A stretch of 9,476 bases of DNA from Octopus sinensis. Lineage: Eukaryota. The notes beneath the pieces were generated by a model, which was given only the letters and a program-made list of their open reading frames with translations, was not told the DNA's origin and made no database searches. Of the stretch, positions 1-7,883 are shown in pieces (within the stretch, counting starts at the first letter, position 1; each line of letters starts with the position of its first letter). The stretch spans positions 1-9,476 of the forward strand of contig NW_021827909.1 in the NCBI RefSeq assembly GCF_006345805.1, read 5' to 3'. The position numbers and the translations under genes were made by a program.

Positions 1-20
1 GTAGAAAGGATTGTTATCCT

Positions 21-83
21 AATTATCGTCATCATCATTATTATATTATCATCATCATCATCATTATCATCTTCATTATTATT
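21..83. repeat. Degenerate (ATC/ATT)n trinucleotide microsatellite; 3' flank or tail of the R4/Dong-like fragment
   Basis: Direct reading: atcatcattattatattatcatcatcatcatcattatcatcttcattattatt. Confidence 0.9.
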
Positions 84-467
84 CTATGTTTGACGTTTGC
101 TTTACATTTGTACAATTTGGCACCAAGTCTCACCCAGAGACCTCAAGAAACAACAAGTTAGAAGTTCATGTTGGTGTTATGCCTTGGGTGCTATATATTT
201 GGTTTTGTACATAGTGTTGTTCTAGAGAATGTTTAAGAAACCACAAGAAAATTATGTTTGTTTTAAAATTTGAGATTACATAGACAATATTTTACGTGGG
301 ATATGGGCAGTTCCCATGAGCATTATCTTTTGAATTTCCTCCATTTTCGGGTTTCTTAGTATCTGAGCTAGGTAGCAATCAGCCCCTTTTGCTATCATTC
401 CTTGGCCACCTATGGCAACAGGCATTGTTTTAGTCTTCAGGTTCCACATTTTGCCAGTTTCTATTTC
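84..467 (-). mobile_element. 5'-truncated non-LTR retrotransposon 3' end, R4/Dong-like (restriction-like endonuclease type)
   Basis: The minus strand carries a C-terminal ORF remnant (467-276), then ~190 nt of 3' UTR ending ...GTCAAACATAG. It is embedded between (AAT)n on its 5' side and (AAT/GAT)n on its 3' side. Clade assignment rests on recognising the peptide pattern, not on a search. Confidence 0.7.
276..467 (-). pseudogene. C-terminal remnant of a retrotransposon RT/RLE polyprotein (63 aa plus stop, no initiation context)
   Basis: Manual translation: EIETGKMWNLKTKTMPVAIGGQGMIAKGADCYLAQILRNPKMEEIQKIMLMGTAHIPRKILSM*. It resembles the EIxxMWxLKTxxxPVVIGALG...IQKxxLxGTAHILRKxL pattern that ends R4/Dong-type RLE domains. 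The stop is at 278-276. Confidence 0.7.
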
Positions 468-468
468 A

Positions 469-507
<39 letters not shown>

Positions 508-514
508 AATAATA
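468..514. repeat. (ATT)n switching to (AAT)n; 494-515 is a perfect 22-bp palindrome
   Basis: ttattattatt|aataataataa with the centre at 504/505. Confidence 0.9.
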
Positions 515-679
515 AGTGAGAGAGCAGTGCATGCCATCAAAGTGACACTGGGGTAAAATATACGAAGCCCGGTAAACCCATCATGACTACCCGTCTGATA
601 AGGGTACACCAGGCACATGCATCACAACCATATGTGCGTGACATGGATCTCTTATTTTAAGGCAAACAGCGCATGACCT
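515..679 (-). mobile_element. Family X element, 3' ~165 nt, minus strand
   Basis: Reverse complement of the 3' portion of 2961-3494, 3549-3853 and 3902-4208 (agtgagagagcagtgcatgccatcaaagtgacactggggtaaaatatacgaagccc...gcatgacct). Near-identical over the first ~120 nt. Confidence 0.92.
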
Positions 680-680
680 C

Positions 681-782
681 TGTTCATCATCCTTAAACAG
701 CCCTTATTATGTGTGGGATGCATTGGTTGATCTGAATGAAATGCTAACTGGCCCCATCTATAAGATCATGCATTGTGTATCT
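681..782 (+). mobile_element. Family X middle segment, plus strand, diverged
   Basis: tgttcatcatccttaaacagcccttatt...ctaactggccccatctataagatcatgcattgtgtatct aligns to tgttcaacatgcttaaacaacccttatt...ctaactgggccccaccttcaaggtcatgtgctgtttatct (from ~3952). Roughly 75% identity with one ~9-nt gap. Confidence 0.8.
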
Positions 783-791
783 ATCTATCTG

Positions 792-873
<82 letters not shown>

Positions 874-1058
874 GATCTATCTGCCTGTCTGTCTTTCTCT
901 CTGTCACGATCTCTCTCTTTCCCTCTCTCTATCTATCAATCTGTCTGCCTGCCTGTCTGTCTGTCTGTCTGTCTGTCTGTTTTTTTTCTCTGCTTTTCTT
1001 TGTCTTTTCCGTTTTTTTATTCTCTGTCTGTCTGTCTCTCTCTCTCTCCCTCTAACTG

Positions 1059-1108
<50 letters not shown>

Positions 1109-1131
1109 ATCTATCTATCTATCTATCTATC
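778..1131. repeat. Compound (ATCT)n/(CTGT)n/(CT)n microsatellite
   Basis: Direct reading; explains the ORFs at 711-1156. Confidence 0.95.
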
Positions 1132-1186
1132 TGTTTATGCATCTACATATAAATAAGTATGTATGTGCTTATGTGTTTTGGTAGCT

Positions 1187-1226
1187 ATGCATGTGTATGC
1201 ATGTGTATGCCTGTGTATGCTTGTGT
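1187..1226. repeat. 10-bp minisatellite ATGCHTGTGT x4
   Basis: atgcatgtgt atgcatgtgt atgcctgtgt atgcttgtgt. Confidence 0.8.
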
Positions 1227-1387
1227 GTATCTGTCCGAATCGGTCAAAGTTGACAGCCAGTCATCAGCGGGTCTTATTATTGTATTAGGATGTAATTATA
1301 TTTGAGGTAAGTTGATGTCTCTGGCCAACAGCAGTCCAGTGATAACATTAATATTATTAGAGACGCTAACGTATACTATGATCTCAG

Positions 1388-2050
1388 ACACCGCCATCAC
1401 CACCAACATCAACACCACCACCCACTACCACCACCACCACCACCACCACCACCACCACTATAAGTACCATCTCCACCACCAACGACGTCGCCACAACCAC
1501 CACCACCACCAACAACACTACCATCAACACCGCTGCTTTCACCATGTCCACCACCACCACCACTATAAGTACCATCATCACCACCGCCGCCGCCGCCACC
1601 ACCACCACCACCATTAATACCATTACCGCCGTCACCATCACTACCACCATCACCACTGCTACTATCACCACCGCTGCCACTACCACCAGCACCACCAGCA
1701 CCAGCACCGCCTCCATCACCGCCACGATCGCCGCTACTTCCATCACCACCACCACCACCTCCTCATCAATAGCAACCATTATTACCATCACCACCTTCAC
1801 CTTCGCCACCAACACCAACACCTCTATCACCACCAGCACCAACAGCATAACGAGATTATCACCATCGCCGTCGCAACAACCTTTAGTCAAAAACCACCAC
1901 CACCACCACCACCACCATCACCACCACCACCATTACTACTATCACCATAGCAACAACATCATTATCACCACAAACTCCCTACCTCACCACACAGCTAGTA
2001 CTACAGCCATATCTACCACCATCATCATCACCACCACCACCACCACCGCC
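1388..2050. repeat. Long degenerate (ACC)n trinucleotide region with a ~105-bp higher-order duplication
   Basis: CAC/ACC runs throughout; the unique anchor ctataagtaccatc occurs at 1458 and 1563. Confidence 0.9.
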
Positions 2051-2480
2051 TCCAACATTATCGTTATCAACGCGAATATACCTCATTACTAAGACTATGA
2101 AAGATGTTATTCATTTTCTTGGAAGCTGCTAGAAACTGCAATGAAGACACCATCAAACTACAGCCAAAGGACTTGAGTAAGAAGGCGTGCTATAAATAAT
2201 AGTAATGTTTCGGGATGGTCACTTATTTATCTCTCGTTTGCCAAATGAACACACGCACTGTATATTCATTCTTTATTTTAATTATTGTTTTTATTTTAGT
2301 GTTCTTTGTGGTAAATCTTTCGGCACACATCTGGGACCTCCTCAGCGACTCTCCGTTCCATGTGTCTCTTCTTGGTCTGTCTGGTCCATACTCAGAATTG
2401 TAACAATATCTGTTTGCGTAAACACGCGATTTCACATCAGGAGTTTTGCAAAACAAATGATATAGACGTTAGATGATATA

Positions 2481-2791
2481 CACCTTACTTACGACCTATG
2501 CGACTTACGACCTATGCGACTTACGACCACAAAAATAATTAATTAAATAAACAAATAATAAATAGATTTTTTTTTTAAATCGATTTTCGGACGTTGGGTA
2601 ACTGCGCGAACGGTAACTATGGCAGCATCTGGCAACGCAGGCCTATCTCGGACCCAGACATCCACTGCTTGCCACTGTCTCATTCAGTCGCTTTCAAGCA
2701 TCAGTTGAAAAATGTGAATCCGACATACGACCAGATCAACTTACGACCTGTCAACCGAAACGGAATTAGGTCGTAAGTCGAGGAGAGGGAG
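2481..2791. mobile_element. Non-autonomous DNA transposon (MITE), Tc1/mariner superfamily, pogo/Tigger-like
   Basis: TA at 2479-2480 and 2792-2793 (candidate TSD). The right TIR at 2767-2791 reads CTCCCTCTCCTCGACTTACGACCTA on the minus strand. The left TIR is CACCTTACTTACGACCTA (2481-2498, ~7 nt shorter). The ACTTACGACC motif occurs at 2487, 2503 and 2519 (16-bp period), with variants at 2721 and 2737 and an inverted copy at 2768-2780. Confidence 0.78.
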
Positions 2792-2896
2792 TATTTCTGA
2801 AAACATACAGTTCTAGCGAATGGATAAGACCTTATATCTAGTGTCCACTTGACTCAGCTTCATAGAAAACTGTGTCAAAAACATTGAGTAATTTGG

Positions 2897-2960
2897 ATAA
2901 TAATAATGATAATAATGATAATAATAATAATATAATAATAATAATAATAATAATAATGAT
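2897..2960. repeat. (AAT/GAT)n microsatellite, 5' flank of the full-length family X copy
   Basis: Direct reading. Confidence 0.95.
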
Positions 2961-3494
2961 GATGCAATACCAGGCAGTGGCTCTCATGGCTGCTGATCTT
3001 AACTGATTGGAAGTATTATCATGTACATTGTTTTGTCTCGGTATAAAAGATGGGCAACAGCTAATATTCTGCTCCATATCACAGATTTGCTTGTCAGTTG
3101 TTTGACCTTAACCAGTTGAGCATGTCCCTTCGTGGCTGACAATATCTGCATTTCTGATCACGAGCAGAAGTAGTGGGGGAGCATCATAGCCATGTGTTGA
3201 GTGGAATTCTTTGGGCGTTTGAATAATTCACCTCTGAAAGCATGGTTGTTTCGTTCAACATCCTTAAACAATACTTATTCAGGGACCTTTTGAGCGGGAT
3301 GGGTTACTCGACCAGAAGAAAATTCTAACTGGGCCCCACCAGCAAGGTCATGCACTGTTTATCTTGTCGCACACATATGGTTGTGATGCATGTGCCTGGT
3401 GTACCCTTATCAGACGGGTAGTCATGATGGGTATACTGGGTTTCGTATATTTCACCCCAGTGTCACTTTGATGGCATGCACTGCTCTCTCACTC
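2961..3494 (+). mobile_element. Family X: longest (apparently full-length) ~535-bp non-coding interspersed element, class uncertain
   Basis: Bounded by (AAT)n on both sides, and its 3' part recurs elsewhere in the window. Orientation is inferred because every other terminus-bearing copy keeps the ...GCACTGCTCTCTC(ACTC)-(AAT)n end and loses the other end. It has a private 16-nt deletion at 3366/3367. No Pol III A/B boxes or long ORF were recognised. Confidence 0.8.

Positions 3495-3548
<54 letters not shown>
3495..3548 (+). repeat. (AAT)18
   Basis: Counted directly, 54 bp. Confidence 0.97.
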
Positions 3549-3551
<3 letters not shown>

Positions 3552-3853
3552 GAATTCTTTGGGATTTGAATAATTCACTTCTGGGAACATGGGTGTTTTG
3601 TTCAACATGCTTAAACAACCCTTATTCAGGGAGCTTTTGAGCGGGATAGGTTACTCGACCAGAAGAAAATTCTAACTGGGCCCCACCTGCAAGGTCATGT
3701 GCTGTTTGTCTTGATATGAGATTACCATGTTGTGCACATATGGTTGTGATGCATGTGCCTAGTGTACCCTTATCAGACGGGTAGTCATGATGGGTATACT
3801 GGGCTTCGTATATTTTACCCCAGTGTCACTTTGATGGCATGCACTGCTCTCTC
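3549..3853 (+). mobile_element. Family X 5'-truncated copy 2
   Basis: Begins GAGGAATTCTTTGGG and aligns to ~3199-3494. Confidence 0.93.

Positions 3854-3901
<48 letters not shown>
3854..3901 (+). repeat. (AAT)16
   Basis: Counted directly, 48 bp. Confidence 0.97.
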
Positions 3902-3904
<3 letters not shown>

Positions 3905-4208
3905 GAATTCTTTGGGATTTGAATAATTCACTTCTGGGAACCTGGGTGTTTTGTTCAACATGCTTAAACAACCCTTATTCAGGGATCTTTTGAGCGGGAT
4001 GGGTACTCGACCAGAAGAAAATTCTAACTGGGCCCCACCTTCAAGGTCATGTGCTGTTTATCTTGATATGAGATCGCCATATCGTGCACATATGGTTGTG
4101 ATGCATGTGCCTGGTGTACCCTTATCAGACGGGTATCATGATGGGTATACTGGGTTTCGTATATTTTACCCCAGTGTCACTTTGATGGCATGCACTGCTC
4201 TCTCACTC
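3902..4208 (+). mobile_element. Family X 5'-truncated copy 3 (same breakpoint as copy 2)
   Basis: Begins GAGGAATTCTTTGGG; about 13 differences from copy 2 over ~305 nt by manual alignment. Confidence 0.93.

Positions 4209-4262
<54 letters not shown>
4209..4262 (+). repeat. (AAT)18
   Basis: Counted directly, 54 bp. Confidence 0.97.
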
Positions 4263-4265
<3 letters not shown>

Positions 4266-4304
4266 CAAAAGGAAATGACTCAGAGAGGACAGTGACGCGA
4301 GTTT

Positions 4305-4367
4305 GAACAACAGCAGCAACAACAACATCACACAACCAGTACCACCACAACGACGACGACCACCACC

Positions 4368-4412
<45 letters not shown>

Positions 4413-4575
4413 AACAACAACGGCCTCTCCAGCACTACCGATTCTGTTGACTTCACAACAGCAACAACAAACACAACATCGACGCTAAAGACAACAGCAT
4501 CGTTATCAGCCTCACCGTAACAACGGAGAAAGCTTCTACAAAATTCATAACAACAGAAACAACAACAACAACAAT
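4305..4575. repeat. Degenerate (AAC)/(ACC)n microsatellite region
   Basis: Direct reading; the purest run is around 4360-4420. Confidence 0.88.
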
Positions 4576-4788
4576 GTTACTATGGTAACGCTGCAATACC
4601 ATCGTACACGTCTACAAATACACAACAATGAGACCACCCTAACTCTGCCTTCGCCGCCCCCACCTCCGGGTACTGCATCCCCCAACCACCTAGCAATCAC
4701 CACCCCGGCACTCACCGATACTGTAAAACACCATCAGTTTAATTGTTGACAGGGAAATAATCAAGTGGAAAGATTAAGCGTGGCTGAA

Positions 4789-4826
4789 GTGCGCATGCGC
4801 ATGCACACACACACACATATGTACGT

Positions 4827-4857
<31 letters not shown>

Positions 4858-4960
4858 TATACGCACATATGTACGTGTACACAGACACATATGCAGGCAC
4901 ACACAAAACCGAAACACACATTCGCAAATACGTATATGGACAGACATACAAACATTTACA

Positions 4961-5020
<60 letters not shown>

Positions 5021-5075
5021 CACATGCAGGGTCACATACAGAAATAAACATGCGTAAACATACACACATGTATAC

Positions 5076-5108
<33 letters not shown>

Positions 5109-5556
5109 CATACACACACACATATATGTATATGTATACACATGTATATTCGCACATACAGACATAAACACGTAAATACACCCCCTCACACACACAAACA
5201 CGTATATACACGCACGCGTATGCACACATACAAATATGAACGCGCATAGATATACGCACACACACACACACACACACGCGCGCACACACATGCACAATCA
5301 AATACGGGCGCTTCCATACACCCACAGATAAACACAAACACATACACACACACACGCACGCACACACACACGCGCACACGCACACGCACACACACACAGA
5401 CCGCATACACGTATGTATATAGAAGCATTGAACCATATAGAAAAACCATGCAAGCGTAAAGGTAGCACATACTCACACACATGTGATGCGTACATGTATG
5501 TAGATAATAATATATACACAAGCTTTTAAGAACATATACACACGCATATATATGTC

Positions 5557-5588
<32 letters not shown>

Positions 5589-5601
5589 ATATATATGTAT
5601 G

Positions 5602-5658
<57 letters not shown>

Positions 5659-5692
5659 GTGTGTGTGGTGTGTGTGTGTGTGTGTGTGTGTG
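4789..5692. repeat. ~900-bp compound (CA)n/(TA)n/(CG)/(TG)n dinucleotide region, CA-rich on the left and TG-rich on the right
   Basis: Direct reading; explains the ORFs at 4739-5792. Confidence 0.93.
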
Positions 5693-5833
5693 GCTGTGTG
5701 GTAAGAAGATTGGTTCCCAAGAATATGGTTTCGGGTTCAATCCTGCTGCGTAGCGCCTTTGGCAAGTGTCTTCTACTAGAGACTCCGGCCAACCAAAGCC
5801 TTGTGAGTGGGATTTCGTATTCGTGGATAGAAA

Positions 5834-5864
<31 letters not shown>

Positions 5865-6080
5865 TTCGTGTCTGTGTTTGTCGCCCGAACATCATGCTTG
5901 GAAATCGATGTTGGTGTGTTTACGTCCCCGTAAGTTAGCGGCTCGTTGTAAGAGACCGATAGGTTTACAAGGAATAAATCTTGGCGTCAATTGCTTCGGC
6001 TAAAAAAAAAAAAGAACCCTTTACGGCGCTGCTCCAGCATGGCTGCAGTCAATGACTGAAACAAGTGAAAGAATAAAAGA
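5689..6080 (+). mobile_element. tRNA-derived SINE, family A, diverged copy
   Basis: A-box-like TGGCTGTGTGG (5691-5701), B-box GGTTCAATCC (5734-5743), internal (TG)n and a 3' end CAGTCAATGACTGAAACAAGTGAAAGAATAAAAGA. Homologous to the reverse complement of 6143-6517. Confidence 0.88.
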
Positions 6081-6142
6081 CGATATATATCTATATATAC
6101 ACTCTGGCTCAATTTCACTTTTTTTTTTTGGCAATTAGTTAC

Positions 6143-6517
6143 TCTTTTACTTGTTTCAGACGTTTGACTGCGGCCATGCTGGAGCACCGGCTTTAGTCGA
6201 GCAAAACGACCCAAGGACTTATTCTTTGTAAATCCAGTACTTATTCTATCGGTCTCTTTTGCCGAACCGCTAAGTTACGTAAACACACCAGCACCGGTTG
6301 TCAAGCGATGTTGGGGGACACACACACAAACACACACATGTATATACATATGTACGACGGGCTTCTTTCAGTTTGCGTCTACCAAATCCAGTCACAAAGC
6401 TTTGGTCGGCCCCAGAATGTAGTAGAAGACAGTTGACCAAGGTGTCACGCAGTGGGACTGAACCCGGAACCATGTGGTTCGTAAGCAAGCTACTTACCAC
6501 ACAGCCACTCCTGCGCC
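6143..6517 (-). mobile_element. tRNA-derived SINE, family A, full length with a 7-bp target-site duplication
   Basis: The minus strand begins GGCGCAGGAGTGGCTGTGTGGTAAGTAGC with B-box GGTTCAGTCC and ends CTGAAACAAGTAAAAGA. The direct repeat TAGTTAC lies at 6136-6142 and 6518-6524. Confidence 0.92.
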
Positions 6518-6846
6518 TAGTTACACCAATTGGTTAAGCCACACACACAGACTATAACAGCTTGAGTACATTTTTATTGGTCAATCGATTTAAGGGATTA
6601 ACTAAGACACTGTTTGATTGAACGTTTGGTCAGTCATTGAGTTAAGTTTGTGAAATTTGTTTCGTCGACACTACCTAAGAGATTATATGCTGTCTCTACC
6701 TGAAGAAGACCTGGCATAGCTGGGGGAAAATCGGTTGAAGCGGTTAAGGATGGCAGACTTTGACAATCCTAATTGCCTGGTGGCCTGACGACAGGATGAA
6801 ACTAACAATTGACGGGTTTACAGTTTAAATGCTTAACCAATTGACT

Positions 6847-7014
6847 AATAATAAGGATTTCAAATTCTAGCAGGTCAGCAGTTTCGGGGAAGGGAGCGGG
6901 GGTAAGCCGATGTAATCGCCCCCCCCCCAATGACAAACTAGTACTTATTTTATCGACCGCCCTAAAGGCTGAAATGTAGTTTGGGTGCAAGCTACTTACC
7001 ACATAGCCACGCCT
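6847..7014 (-). mobile_element. Chimeric SINE fragment: family A head (7014-6974) fused to a family B 3' half (6973-6847)
   Basis: The minus strand reads AGGCGTGGCTATGTGGTAAGTAGCTTGCACCCAAACTACAT (matches the family A head), then TTCAGCCTTTAGGGCGGTCGATAAAATAAGTACTAGTT... (matches 7987-8050 and 8172-8285), ending TTATTATT. Confidence 0.75.
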
Positions 7015-7047
7015 ATATATACAGATATGCATAAACATATATTTATA

Positions 7048-7079
<32 letters not shown>

Positions 7080-7104
7080 GTTACAGAAACAAGCGTGGTT
7101 ATAT

Positions 7105-7153
<49 letters not shown>
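7015..7153. repeat. (TA)n and (TG)n microsatellites
   Basis: Direct reading; (TG)n runs from about 7104 to 7153. Confidence 0.92.
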
Positions 7154-7154
<1 letters not shown>

Positions 7155-7264
7155 ATCTAACAAAGTTCCAAAGCCTTACGAAGGACCTTTCAATATGGCT
7201 TTCTTATTCCGCTCTATCCTCCCACGTGATCATATACACTTCACTAATATACATAAGACTGAAG

Positions 7265-7375
7265 TCGCCATCGTCACAGCCGTGATCATCACCACTACCA
7301 CCACCACCACCACCACCAAAGTCACCACTAGTAACAACAATAACAACTACTACTACTACTACTACCACCACCACA

Positions 7376-7407
<32 letters not shown>

Positions 7408-7472
7408 CACCGCCGCTACCGCCGCCACCACCACCACAACCACCACCACCACCACTACTACTACCACCACCA

Positions 7473-7515
<43 letters not shown>

Positions 7516-7558
7516 CACCACTGCCACTACCACCGCCACCACCACCACAACCACCACC

Positions 7559-7599
<41 letters not shown>

Positions 7600-7657
7600 A
7601 TCATCATCATCATCATCATTGTCGTCGTCGTCGTCTTTTATCATCTTCATCATCATA
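7265..7657. repeat. Compound (ACC)/(ACT)/(ATC)n trinucleotide microsatellite with internal block duplication
   Basis: Direct reading; explains the poly-His/Tyr/Val ORFs at 7105-7662. Confidence 0.93.
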
Positions 7658-7818
7658 AATGACCGGCCATGTGTATCCCATCTGTGACATCATTTTGTCC
7701 AACGACTACTATAAAAGTCTGAATTCCTATTAAAACAGACGTTTATTGGCCGTTGTTACTTAGCGACTAACCGATTTTTATTCTTTGTTACTAAGCGACA
7801 CACAAACACCCCCGATCT

Positions 7819-7827
7819 CCCTCTGTC

Positions 7828-7858
<31 letters not shown>
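7819..7858. repeat. (CTGT)n/(CT)n microsatellite
   Basis: Direct reading. Confidence 0.85.
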
Positions 7859-7883
7859 ATCATATACTGTATTTGGTCATGAA

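Noticed and set aside
711-1156. ORFs of 114-127 aa rich in SIYL/LSIY
   Set aside because: Translations of (ATCT)n and (CTGT)n microsatellites.
1230-1267. CTGATGA on the minus strand (1267-1261) as a second hammerhead
   Set aside because: No helix II follows directly and there is no GAAA downstream (CGAT instead).
1255-1312. Consensus splice donor GAG|GTAAGT at 1304-1312
   Set aside because: All three frames in the ~45 nt upstream contain stops and no convincing acceptor is present; at best a non-coding exon, which the sequence alone does not support.
1384-1890. Poly-Val (minus) and poly-His (plus) ORFs
   Set aside because: Alternative frames of (ACC)n, with no domain content.
2205-2465. 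Short ORFs of 62-86 aa in unique sequence
   Set aside because: No recognisable motif, overlapping ORFs on both strands, and lengths compatible with chance.
3549-4262. Tandem ~353-bp units considered as a retrozyme array or CRISPR-like array
   Set aside because: No CUGANGA...GAAA core was found on either strand of the units (nearest is CTGATAAG). The units are long element copies separated by microsatellite, not short repeats with unique spacers, and the context is eukaryotic.
3951-4295. 114-aa ORF ending in poly-Asn
   Set aside because: Lies in family X copy 3 and reads through (AAT)18. The other copies carry indels that break this frame.
4739-6003. Many CV/HT/YI-rich ORFs
   Set aside because: Dinucleotide repeat and SINE translations.
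6885-6928. G-rich run considered as a G-quadruplex
   Set aside because: Only three G-tracts of 3 or more on the plus strand, and it is part of a SINE tail with an expanded C-run.
7105-7662. 185-aa and 150-aa low-complexity ORFs
   Set aside because: Translations of compound trinucleotide repeats.
7753-7799. 15-bp direct repeat TTGTTACT(T/A)AGCGAC at a 32-bp period
   Set aside because: Only two copies with no element boundaries; probably a small local duplication.
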